64,000 nt of DNA from the human T2T-CHM13v2.0 reference genome, Homo sapiens: the NCBI RefSeq assembly GCF_009914755.1, contig NC_060939.1; one strand, 5' to 3'. A program made the translations under genes and the position numbers. Each line of letters starts with the position of its first letter. The stretch's first letter is position 1. The notes beneath the pieces were generated by a model. The model searched no databases. It saw nothing but the letters and a program-made list of their open reading frames with translations, and was not told the DNA's origin. Positions 1 through 15,019 of this stretch are shown here, in pieces.

Positions 1-279
1 CTGTTCCTTTTTAAATAATAAAAGTCTTTAGAAGTATTTTGTACTCTTTTGGTGAGTAGGGAGAAATTGATATCCTGCTGATATTATAGTTAGTAATTGT
101 TTACAATCTTTGATAACATTAAAAAGAGAAAACATTTCTAAGATTTGGGTGGAATTTGTTAAGGTTTACGTTATATCTTTGCATGCCTCTACAGAACATG
201 AATTTGAGCATTTATTTGGATAAGTTATCGCTGTAGATGCTACCTCCCACCCTTTCTTCTGGTGTCCTTTCTTACTTGT

Positions 280-600
280 TTATTTGTTCGTTCATTCATT
301 CACTCATTGATTATGCAGGCATTTGAAGAGTTTCCACTGTTGTCAGGCCCTAGTTGTAGATGCTGAGGGTAATATGGTTGTGTACCATGGAGAACCCTGG
401 TTTGCTTATAGAATCACTTGTGTAAACAGAAAATTACAATAAAGCAAAATAAATGCTAAAATACAGATGCGAAAAGTGGCCTTTGTAAAAATAGTGAGAG
501 TAAAGATCATCCTACCAAGGCTAATGGCCAAAGGCTAACAAAAGCTGGACCTTGAGGAAAGAGTTTTCCAAGCCAGAGAAGTAAAGGAAGGACTCATATT
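280..600 (-). mobile_element. LINE-2 3' fragment
   Basis: ttcattcattcactcattg...tgtcaggccctagttgtagatgctgaggg is the typical antisense L2 tail pattern. Confidence 0.55.
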
Positions 601-1164
601 TCTTTGATTAACCAGCTATATTGCTTATAAAGCTCTTTATATACTTTTCTCCTCAGTATTTTATTTTTTGCTTAATGGTTTTGCCACCTGCAAAGAACCC
701 TTAGAGAATTGGCTGGGGTTATCATTGTGAGTGGTGGTGAGTTAGGGAAGGCAGCATAAGCATAGCTTTTGTGTATTTGGTATGAGGTGAAGGAATTAGT
801 TGGAGAAATAGAGAGCAAATGGTAAGCTTACATGTGTCTTTTTATCCTAATACTCCCTGTCAGTGGTGATGCAATCTTTTAGGATTCTGCTAATAGCTGT
901 GTGATCTTGGGTAAGTGATTTCTTCTCTTTGGATTCCATTTTCCACCACTTTAAAATGGGAGGATTGGTATAGATGGTCATTTCCTATTAGTAGGTGGGG
1001 AAAAAGGAGAAAGGGGGACTAAATAAGTTTGCGAACATAGGTAAACAAAGTTAAATAGATTACTGCAGCCTCATGCATTATGGCATATGAATTGGGTTGC
1101 TGGACTTCTAGCTTGGCCTTGCAAGTTAAGTGAGAGTCAGTAATATGAGTCCAGCTCTGTCTTT

Positions 1165-1355
1165 TTCCTAATGGTTTAGTGGAAAGAGCATGGGCTTTAG
1201 AATCAGACATATCTGGGTTTGAATCCTGACTACTCCTTAGTAGCTTTATGGCTTTATAAGTTATCTAACCTTTCTGAACTTGTCTCCTCATGTATAAATC
1301 AGGCAGGATAATACCTTGCGGAGTTGTAAAGATAATGACATTCCATGTGAAAATA
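1165..1355 (+). mobile_element. MIR SINE
   Basis: gtttagtggaaagagcatgggctttagaatcagacatatctgggtttgaatcctgact...ctcatgtataaa...gataata matches the MIR core. Confidence 0.8.
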
Positions 1356-1926
1356 TCAAATAGAATATCTGATATATAATTGGTCAAAAAAGGTGTAACT
1401 TAAGTCTACAAATTCCAGAGTTAGTACAGAATGTAAGTAACACTTGATAATAGCTATTGATATCCTGCCTACATCTGGTGTTTGAGATGGACTGTTTGTT
1501 GTTTCATATATACTTATAATTCTTCCCCAAGAAAACAAAATATTCTTGAGAGCACATCATTACGTTTTGCCATCTACATAGCACTCGACATTCTCCTGGA
1601 GACTCAGTAAGTGCTTGATAAATACCTGACAGTTTCATCAAAACAGTGGAATAAAGTGAGGTGTGGTTTTCCCTGGTGTATACTTTATCCTATATTTCTT
1701 ATAACCAAGGGTAGAAGTCAATGAATTTATGAATATTAATTTTAAATTTCTTTGGTTACTTAACGTTAAATGATTAAATTTGAAGTTTGAAATAATAGGA
1801 TTATAAGTGAGCTGGCCTTTATTTGCTTAAGTAAACCATAAGAAGGGGGTTATAATAAAGTGTCATTTAATAGTGTAAATTATATTATTGGAATACTAAT
1901 GTTTTACATTTTGTTTTTTCTCTAAG

Positions 1927-2371
1927 CAAATGGTTATGAGCCTTAGAGTTTCTGAACTCCAAGTACTGTTGGGCTACGCCGGGAGAAACAAGCACGGACG
2001 CAAACACGAACTTCTCACAAAAGCCCTGCATTTGCTAAAGGCTGGCTGTAGTCCTGCTGTGCAAATGAAAATTAAGGAACTCTATAGGCGGCGGTTCCCA
2101 CAGAAAATCATGACGCCTGCAGACTTGTCCATCCCCAACGTACATTCAAGTCCTATGCCAGCAACTTTGTCTCCATCTACCATTCCACAACTCACTTACG
2201 ATGGTCACCCTGCATCATCGCCATTACTCCCTGTTTCTCTTCTGGGACCTAAACATGAACTGGAACTCCCACATCTTACATCAGCTCTTCACCCAGTCCA
2301 TCCGGATATAAAACTTCAAAAATTACCATTTTATGATTTACTGGATGAACTGATAAAACCCACCAGTCTAG
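1927..2371 (+). CDS. PIAS1: PIAS1 exon 2 (445 nt): SAP domain with LxxLL (LQVLL), Ser90-Pro site, start of PINIT domain
   Basis: Translates QMVMSLRVSELQVLLGYAGRNKHGRKHELLTKALHLLKAGCSPAVQMKIKELYRRRF...LPFYDLLDELIKPTSL, which I recognise as human PIAS1 Q9-L156. Acceptor ttttttctctaAG (1925-1926), donor G|GTAAGA at 2372. Confidence 0.98.
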
Positions 2372-3115
2372 GTAAGATTATTGTATGATAGTATTTGGTT
2401 ACTTTTGCAGGATGAATTTTCGTTTTAGGCTTTTACTTTGACCCAGTTTATTATTCATAATGAAATTTTCATTTGATAGTAACAGCTGGATAATAATGAA
2501 GATCTTTCAAATTTAGATAAAATCAAATATATAAAAGCTGTCTTTCAGGAAAAAAGGTAGTATAGTGATGGTTACTGACAAAGTAAATATTAAAAAGTTT
2601 CAAGAATATAAACTTCCAAAGAGTAGTATTTTAGAAGGTTGATTAATATTTTATAATATCTCATAAATTAAATTAAAACCAAATGAATCACTACAAGTCT
2701 CTGATTAGTTCTTAATTTTCAGGGGTTGATGATCTCTAAAACAAATCACTGACTAGTTTTGATTATTTAAATGAGTGAATGGTTTTAATGATCATAAAAG
2801 GAGACTTGAGCTTTGATGTATGCTAGTTAAATTTCAGCTGATTTTTTTCAAGTGGAGAAGTGCATGCTTTACAGGCATGCACATGCACATGCACACTCAT
2901 GATTACGGTTATATAATATAAGTGCTTGAAATTTATTTTACTGTGTTGTTCCATCATTTGATTTGTAGTCTAGCATATAGAATTCAATATATTAATCAAC
3001 TTGTAATTTTAATTGCTATAATGCTACCTTATTTATTTAACGTAGAATAAAACTCAACTGTTGTGACCTCTGATGCCTTTGGTATAATATATTTAAAATA
3101 TCAGACTTCTAAATG

Positions 3116-3322
3116 CTGGTTTGTTGGCATACTACGGCTGGCAAGCTAAGTCCAGTCTGTGGCCTGTTTTTATGTGGTTCTGAGCTAAGAAATCTGAAAA
3201 ATATTCCCAAAGAGTTATTAACAAAAAAGGAAAGAAACAAAAACAAAGAATGTGTAACGGAGACCATGTGTGCCTGTAAAGCACAAAATATTTACCCGTA
3301 TAGTAAAAGCTTGTGAATCCCT
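3116..3322 (+). mobile_element. hAT-Charlie MITE, MER58C-like
   Basis: ttggcatactacggc...gcctgtttttatgtgg..gagctaaga...gagaccatgtgtgcctgtaaagcacaaaatatttac...ccctg. Confidence 0.65.
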
Positions 3323-3789
3323 GTTACAGATCATTGAACATTTCAGTTTGGGGGACTGGCAAGTGTTGAGAACATTTTTTGCGAATTTTTGAGAACATTT
3401 TGAAAATGTTTACTGAAATTCTATCTTTGAAATATGAAGTGTTTGTTTTTAATTATATTTAGCAGAAATTATCTGAATACACGAAGATTATAGGAGTCAT
3501 TTTCAAACAACGTGAGTTTTGTATCACATTATTTTATTTTTTAAGTGGCCATAATAAGAAAACATTTTTTGAGAATCTACTGTATGCTTATAAAACTGAC
3601 ACATGCTCATTGTAAAAAATGGAATTGCCAAAGTTCCTTCCTTGTTAGCTGTTTAGTGTGTATGCATATATAGTATAAGCAAATTGTTTCTTGTTTTTTA
3701 CAGAAGGAATCATATACATAGTATTGTATAACTTCCCTTTTTTCCCCTTAATAATATATCATAAGCATCTTTTCTTGTCTGTCTGATTA

Positions 3790-3822
<33 letters not shown>

Positions 3823-3914
3823 CCCATTTTAAATTAAAGGCCATATCTGTATCTATCCATATCTCTGTATATGGTCTGTGTACATGTATGTATGTGTACA
3901 TATGTGTTATGTAT

Positions 3915-4060
3915 TGATCAGTTGATGAAAACGTTGTGACCAGGGGCTTGCAGGAACCTAACCCTATACTTCCCCTGGTAGCAGTGATTATATATTCGCA
4001 AATTCAGTGTTTGTGGTGATTTTATGAACATAAATGTCACAAATAGCAATAATTGACTAT
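3915..4060 (+). mobile_element. TcMar-Tigger fragment, MER44/Tigger7-like 3' end
   Basis: gcttgcaggaacctaaccctatacttcccctgg...attcgcaaattcagtgtttgtggtgatttta...aattgacta. Confidence 0.65.
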
Positions 4061-5173
4061 ATTTGAAGTATGATTTGAATGCCAGTTTTCATGAATAAAT
4101 CTGCTGTTTGTGGTATGTATTCACAGAAAGTCACCAAATGAATAGGTGGTATAGAATTGCTTAGTGATATGTAAATAGATTTTCAGTATCTCATCGTTAT
4201 AGAATTAAAAACAAACCAATTTAATATGCATAAAAAGATCTCACCACAAAGTAATTTGTGGAAGTTTATTGGCTCAATAAATATTTGTTGAAGGGCAATG
4301 CTTATTGAATGTGAAAAATATTTATTGAAAAAAGATTTTATGTAATTAGTCTTCAGGGTGTAGGATGAGTATATTTTAAGGCTCTGTTTTTATAAATTCT
4401 TTAACATTATTAAGACTTTTTCTGTACTTCATTAAATGAAGTGGCTACATTTGTCACATAACTTAGTTTCCTAAATGATTATTTTTGCCGGTAGTTCATT
4501 TGTTTTAAATCTAAGAAAACCACGTTTTCTGGAAAATTAAATAGCTTCCAGCATTCTCTTCATTTCTAAACGTACATACATTTAAAATCAAGTTTTTGAG
4601 AACATAGTTTCGAACACCAGCTGGCTAGTTGATCACAACTATCACTGAGTCCAGAATGGGACAGGCACATTTACTTTTTCATTTTTTCCCTTCCATTGTG
4701 GCCTTAAGCACTAGATTTAAACAGATTTTAAGATGTTCAAATGTAAACTGAATGTTTTTATGCATGGTTTTGTATTTCTAACTAAAATGGAAGACAGTAG
4801 TTCTGATAATTCCCATTTTATTAGGTAATTCTCATTCATTCTTACGATCATTTTGTTATTTCTTTAAAACAATTTAAAATAATTTTAAGGACTTTATTTT
4901 GGAGCCATAATTAAAGTATTCTTTTCATTGTCCATAATTAACTGTAAGAATTGAGAGGTGAAGTAAAAGGTGGTTGTAAAGTAAGATGTTTAATTTATTG
5001 TTTACTTTGGCCTCTCATTATCTCAATTCTGTTTGTTTCTATGAGGCTTATTTCAAATGCTTTTTTTCTTTAACCTTTTTCATTTATCTTTCTAGGCTGT
5101 CCTCCTTTCATCTGTACATTTCTTCCCCAGCCAGAATCAATTTCACTTTCCCTGCATGCTCTCATAACATTTA

Positions 5174-6042
<869 letters not shown>

Positions 6043-6546
6043 TCCTAACATTTAATTTACCCTTTATTAAATGTTTTTGTTTTGTTCCTCAAAATGATAA
6101 GGCTTCTGAGGCATTTATCTATAAATCCCTATAATAGCTAGATATGAACCTGTTACATGGTAGTTCAGTAAACATTTATTAGCTCTCCAACTCGTTTTAA
6201 TGCAGTAGATGGAATCTTTTATTTCATTTTAATTCAGTGGATTTTAACCATTTTACCTTGCAAACACAACTGAGCCATACCACACTCTGTAATTACAAAC
6301 AGTGGCTATGATAGGGATGGGAAATAGAGTAGGGAAGAATGGTATTCTTCCTCTTATTGCCCTATCCTGTCATCTCTGAGGTTAATTGATGTCTTTGAAA
6401 TTTAATATACTCCATTTAAAAAAAATTTTCCCTAATTACAAAAATGTTATGTTTAATGTAGAATCCATAGAAATTATAATTACTTGCTTACTTTACAGAT
6501 AAACTTTTAAAATACTTCTGTGGTATTCTTTTTGTTAGTCATTTAC

Positions 6547-6548
<2 letters not shown>

Positions 6549-6584
<36 letters not shown>
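6549..6584. repeat. (GT)18 microsatellite
   Basis: Read directly. Confidence 0.97.
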
Positions 6585-6586
<2 letters not shown>

Positions 6587-7242
6587 TTCTGGTTTCATTT
6601 TGAAGGAGAGGAGAACCTCACTAGCTCACGTAACCTGGCAGCCGCATGTATTATTGATCCATATAAATAATGGAAGAAAATTTTAATCTTGATAGGATGT
6701 TGAGCACATGTGTTAAGGGGTACTTTGTTTGAAATACCTTATTGCTTAGTGTGCCAATATTGGTGTTGATGAGGTGTGAAATTTACATAATTATGAAAAT
6801 AAAAGGAAAAATAATTTTGGATTAAAATATCTTGTCCATTCAGGGACAAGATAATTATTTGATATTTCCTCTCAATCCTTTAATATTGTTTTGTTTAGAA
6901 TAATACCTGTATCATTCAAAATAGTTTATAATATTGTTTATAGTTATTGTTTAAATTGGCTTTGTTAGAACATAATGGCAAAAACACAGAATACTTTCAT
7001 GGTAAATAAAATAATAGTTCTTTAGGATACAGTATTTGATTTGATTCAGACTTAAGTATAAACAAATCTATTAATAGATTTATATTTGTTACTAGTTTAG
7101 CTATTTATATCTTCCTTGACTCAGGTAAATTTTCAAATAGAAAATACATTTTTAACATAGTGCTTTTAAATATTTTTAATATTTTTAATTATTTCAAAGG
7201 CCAACATGTATAGAACAGAGAGCTTTGCATTCATTTGGACTA

Positions 7243-7589
7243 CAGATACTCCTCTGGTTATGTCCCAATAAATCCATCATAAATTGAAAATATCCAAAGT
7301 CAGAAATGCACTTAATACACTTAACCTACCAAACATGATAGGTTAGCTTAACCTACCTTAAATGTGTCTAAAACACTTACATTAGCTGACATAACATCTA
7401 ACACAAGTCCTGTTTTATAATTAAGTATTGAATAGCTCATGTAATTTATTGAATATCGTACTGAAGTGAAAAACAGAATGGTTTTGTTACCAACAGAATG
7501 GTTGTGTAGGTACTCGAAGTAATTTCTACTGAATACCTATTGTTTTCTTACCACCATGAAGTTGGAAAATTGTTAAGTCGAGCCATCTG
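7243..7589 (+). mobile_element. MER47A (Tigger5-derived MITE)
   Basis: TA|cagat...atctg|TA ends. Internal ttaatacacttaacctaccaaacat...gaagtgaaaaacagaatgg matches MER47A. Confidence 0.8.
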
Positions 7590-7790
7590 TAGTCATATAA
7601 AAGTATGGTGACTCATCTTGTTTGCTTTATATGAGATTGAAGTCAAATTTTACCTTCTCAGGGGATGTCTTTTCAAGTTTTTAAATATCTCAGGCAATAT
7701 ATCTGAATAAGTTCACATCATATGTCTTTATTGATTAGAGATTTCTCATTGATTGGTATGAGGCATAATAATTATTGACTATGAGTGTTA

Positions 7791-8092
7791 CTTATTTTTT
7801 TTCTTTTTTTTTCCGAGATGGTCTCGCTGTATTGCCCAGGCTGGAGTGCAGTGGCACATTCTTGGCTCACTGCAACCTCCGCTTCCTGGCTCAAGCGATC
7901 CTCCCACCTCGCCTCCTGAGTAGCTGGGACGACAGGCAGGAGCAACCATGCCTGGCTCATTTTTGCATTTTTTGTAGAGACGGAGTTTTGTCATGTTGGC
8001 CAGGCTTGTCTTGAACTTCTGATCTCAAAGCAGTCCGCTCACCTCAGCCTCTCAAAGTGCTAGGATTACAGGTGTGAGCCACCGCACCCAGC
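7791..8092 (-). mobile_element. Alu (J-like)
   Basis: Full dimer with perfect 15-bp TSD tgactatgagtgtta at 7776 and 8093. Confidence 0.95.
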
Positions 8093-8166
8093 TGACTATG
8101 AGTGTTATTTCTAATGTTCTAATTCAATGTTCTTCTACTTGATTACTGAAGGATAGAATATCTCCT

Positions 8167-8537
8167 TGCTGTGGTCTGAATGTGTCCCTCACAAATTCAA
8201 ATGTTGAAACCTAATTCCCAATGCAATAGTGTTAAGAGGTGGGGCCTTTAGCAGGTGATTAGGTAATGAGGGCGTGGCCCTTATGGATGAGATTAATGCC
8301 TCTTATAAAAGAGGCTCCAAGGAGCTTGTTTGCCCCCTTTCATTTGCCCCCTTTCACCCTGTGAGGACACAGCTAAAAGGTGCTGTCTATGAGGAATAGG
8401 CCTCACCAGACACAAAATCTGCAGATGCCTTGATCTTGGACTTCCCAGCTTCCAGAACTGTGAGAAATAAATTTCTGTTGTTTATAAATTATCCAGTCTG
8501 AGGTATTTTGTTATAGCTGCCCAAATGGATTAAGATA
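8167..8537 (+). mobile_element. ERVL-MaLR solo LTR (MLT1A-like)
   Basis: TGctgtggtctgaatg...gaggtggggccttt...ccttgatcttggacttcccagcttccagaactgtgagaAATAAAtttctgttgttt...taagata. 5-bp TSD ctcct at 8162-8166 and 8538-8542. Confidence 0.9.
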
Positions 8538-11109
8538 CTCCTTTTAGCCAATCTAGTTGAAACCAGTAGTGAATTGATAAAAAGTGATACATAAGTTAAA
8601 CATCTTACTTTAATGTATATTTATTTGCCAATCTTTTGATGTTGGTCAAGGCCTTTTCTTTGACAGTGATGACTTCGCAGTTTTAGATTATTTTAGCAAG
8701 AAGACTTAAAGGCTTTTATGAAGATATTTGAGTATAGAATCTGTTGCGAATGGGGAAAAATCTTTTATAGTTGGCTTCATTGGCATTTTTTAAATAGCAA
8801 CTTGGCTTTATCAGGTCTTTCCCAGAGCATTTAACTTAGTTTTCATGAAAACAGCAACTTTCTTTTTAGACTTACATTTTAGCAGCTTTTGTAATATTTA
8901 ATTCAGTTTTGTAATTACAATTACAAGTGCAACTAACATAAGCAAGTTTGAGAATAAACCTCTGGTTCTTGGTAAGCATACCACATGGTGTGAGCAGAAT
9001 TGTGCGGAAGCACTGTAGAGTTGTCTACTGGCCACAGGCAGTTAGCTTGGTAGGGCATTGGTCTGGATGTTCTATAAAGGGAATGGAGAGCATCAGTTAA
9101 TCATAATATCAGTTAAGAGGGCTTCTACTGAATTTCTTTTGCGCCATTCTTCTTAAACTCCCCAAAGGCATTGAAATTAGAAGTTCATTTTCTTGCCTGA
9201 GAATAATTTAAGTGGTTTATTTTGTGGGGGAACAACATGGATCATAATTGTGGTTGAGTTTTAAAAGAAATCATTTAGCTCCCTTTACCCCTTTGAGAGG
9301 GTTATAATGGGGGGAAGGATTGGGAAAAGTAGAGAAGCAAATTATGTTTTTTATCATACAGTTGTATGTTTTCTTTTCTCATCAAGCACAGTGACAGTAA
9401 ATAATGAGTATAAAAATGAAATAATTTCCTAGTCATTTTTCCTTGTCTGTTTTTTCACCAAAAATTATTTAAAATTTTGAAATTATCTGTAAAGATCACT
9501 GCCTTTTCTTGGTCCTCCTAAATTCTGAAAGTATCCTAATATTGTTTAGAAAGTGTTTGGACGCTACAGACTGAAGAATCTGAAACATTGAGAAACACTT
9601 AAATTGACCACATGGGTGTCCTTCAATTTGTGATTAAACAAACTGTGTTTTATTTTTTTCATTTTTAAGCCTGGGAAGGTGGCTTCTATTTAAATTTTGA
9701 TGTTTATGAAACAATCTTTTCCATTAAACACCAAGAATGTCTATTTTCTGGGCTATATATATATTTGAATTTTCCTGTGCTTTTTTAAAGGTACAGTTGT
9801 TCTTATTTGACATGGGATAGTATACCAATAATTCTGGAGAAGACCGGCAACCTAGATGTGCTGGGCGTATAGTCTTAGTATTTAAGAAAACTAGATTGAC
9901 CCTTTTTCCTATTTAAAGTAGAATATTTCTTTGGAGATATTTACACCTCTTTTAGGCTTGAGAAGATGTAGAAATAATTTATAGAAAATATTTGAAATAT
10001 ATATATATTTATATAAACTTGGGTTTTGCTCTAGGCAAAAAGGGAACAGATGCTTTAACACTCCTAAATAGTTAAAATGATCCATCAGGTTTTGTGCAGT
10101 GTGGGTAAGGTTTCTGCTACATCTTAATAACATTGGTTACCAGTGTTTTCTGCCAAGGGCTCCTCTGACATTGGATTATATTTCACAGTTTTCTTCTTTT
10201 CTCATTTTTTATAATTGAGTTTTCCTTTTTCCACATTCTTAATATCCAGTGCCTGGAGATCAGGTGATACAAATTCAAGGACGCAGGCTCTGATAACTAT
10301 TAGAAAGGGCATTCAAAGGTTTTATGATTCATTCTACTCTACTTTTAGATAATTCAGCATAAACTGTGCTCCTCTATACTTGAATTTTGGGAAATCAAGA
10401 GCACTAATTTTTCTGTAGGTGGGTTTCTTTGGAAATTTTTCTCCCTAATTGGCAGCACTGGTTTCTGACCTTCAAAATGAAGTCTAACACTTACCTGCTA
10501 AGTCGTACATTCCTTTATAGATAATATTCTGTCTTTTTATCTGGTGATTTTAATGTAATAGTCGTGTTTGTATAGTTGTCCAGAATTCCCCAAGGCATCC
10601 AGTATTTTTGATAAATGGATGTCTGTGTACTTGAGTGTGATCTTGGGAACTAAGAATGATTGGCTTTTTTGGGTTTGGAAAGGAATCTTAACCATTAGAA
10701 TCAGTGAAAGAACCACTCTATACAATTATAATTATGAAATAATTTTTTTTAATTGAGAGATTAAGGAGCCAAACACTTAGGGTCAGAAGTAAGTACAGTT
10801 TATCAAAGAAATCCAACATTTAAGATCTTACTGGGATCGAATTTAAAGATCAGACATCTAGTATAATACTGTATAGTGTTTGAAATGCAGCATTTCAGAA
10901 TTTAACAGCGAATTCTGCCGTGCTTCGCTCAGCCTCCTGTGCACAAATTGGGTTGCCATGAGTTTGCATGGCAGCCAGCTGGAGGACTTGGTTGTGGTAA
11001 TCATGGGGCATGTGGTCATCATGGGGTAGATAGGATAATGTAACAAAAGGGAGAATCTAATTTTGGCGATCATTTCTTTCTTTCTTTTAAAAAAAAGACG
11101 TTTTGTTGA

Positions 11110-11571
<462 letters not shown>

Positions 11572-11799
11572 TAAGCTTTAGATGTGCCAAAGATGGAGAT
11601 ATTACAGTACAAAAGAAACCGAATGTTGGATGTAGTATTATAATTAAATCACTTTAAGATAGGTAAAAATAAAAAGCCTGAATTGTTGAAAAAACAAATA
11701 AATTAGTTTATTATCTCTATATGTCCTTTCAAGATAATCTGCAGTTCCTAGAATTTTATTTAAATGTTTATTTTGAAACTATATGTTTGAATAAAAACT

Positions 11800-13470
<1,671 letters not shown>

Positions 13471-13710
13471 TAGCTGTTGGATTTTGTCTGATTCCAGATG
13501 ACCTATGCTACCTCCTAGAGGAGTAAATAACATTTTCCACTTCTGACATTTGTGGGGTTTTTTAATCAATTCTGAATTTTATTTTTGTTTACATGAGTAT
13601 AGGGCTCTAATTTTATTTTTTTCCCAAAACTTCCTTTGAATATTATTCTAGATCTTACTCTGTTCCACTGGTCTAATTGTATACTTTTCTGCTAACATGG
13701 AATTATTGTA

Positions 13711-14143
13711 TAGTTGACCCTTGAACAACAAGGGGATTGGGATGCCACCTTTGCAACACACACAGTCAAAAATTCACATGTAACTTTTGACTCCTCCAAA
13801 ACTTTACTATAACCTATTGTTTACCAGAAGCCTTACCAATAACATAAACAGTTGATTAACACGTATTTTGTATATGTATGTATTGTGTACTGTATTCTTA
13901 CAGCAAAGTAAGCTAGAGAAAAGAAACTGTTACTAAGAAAATCATAAGGAAAGAAAATATATTTACTATTAAGTGGATCATTATAAAGGTTTTCATACTT
14001 GTTATGTTTGCATTAAGTAGGCTAAAGGGGAGGAGTAATAGGAGGATTTTCATCTTGCTGTCTAAGAGGTGACAGAGGTGGAAGAAAATCTGTGTATAAA
14101 TGGACCCACACAGTTAAAATCTGTGTTGTTCAAGGGTCAATTG
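13711..14143 (-). mobile_element. Tigger2a (MER28) DNA transposon
   Basis: Terminal inverted repeats tagttgacccttgaacaaca / tgttgttcaagggtcaattg, flanked by TA. Confidence 0.85.
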
Positions 14144-15019
14144 TACTTAATTTTTTGATTGTTTTTAAATTTTTAAATAGATAATACATTGATGTACAAA
14201 ACTCAAAAGTTACAAAAGGGTTTGCAATGAAAAGGAAGTCCCTCTTTCACCCTTATTTCAGTCACAGGTGTTGCTTTCAGTTCTTTTTATATTTTTACTG
14301 GGGTAGCTGCTGCACCTACAAACAAACATATTTGCCTCATTCTTTTTTAGCAGCTACTTAGTAGGCAATTGATTCGTTGGATTCTGTGTTATTAAATATT
14401 CCCCTGTTGGTCAACATTTGGGTAGTTTCTTGCTGTTGAAAACATTGCTGTAGAGAATATTCTGTGATATATATCACTATGCACTTGTCTAAATATAGCC
14501 AGTAGTTTTATAATTCCTAGAAATAGAAAGTGCATCTAAATATTTTTTGTAGATGTTGCCAAATTTCCCTCTAGAGAAAGGTGTGTTTGCTAATTTATAA
14601 TCTTACAGGCTCTGTAAGAGACTGTTTTTTCCTCCTGTGCCTTCAACGATACCATGTGTTATTAAACTTTTTGATCATTCCAAATTAACAGCGAAAATTT
14701 ATAACTCATTATAGTTTTAACTTGCACTTCTCTTATGGGTGAGGGTGAAGTTTGTTGTTGTTGTTGTTGTTGTTTTTAAAAATATATTTTTTAAATTATA
14801 AAAGCACATCGTTATTTATTTATGAGCGGAGTTTTACTCTCGTCACTCAGGCTGGGTGACTATATATGTATATATATTTCTTTTTTTTTTTTTTACTCTT
14901 CAAAGTTCCTTGAGCTTTTTATTTTGAAATTTGGTGGTTGGGCTTTTTACCCTTTTTTATAGACTTAAGAAATTTAGCACTTTGTGATATAAGTTGTGAC
15001 TACTTTTTCCATTGTGATT

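Noticed and set aside
2401-2416. 16-mer acttttgcaggatgaa repeated near 42931
   Set aside because: One 16-nt match within 64 kb is about the chance expectation and the flanks do not extend it.
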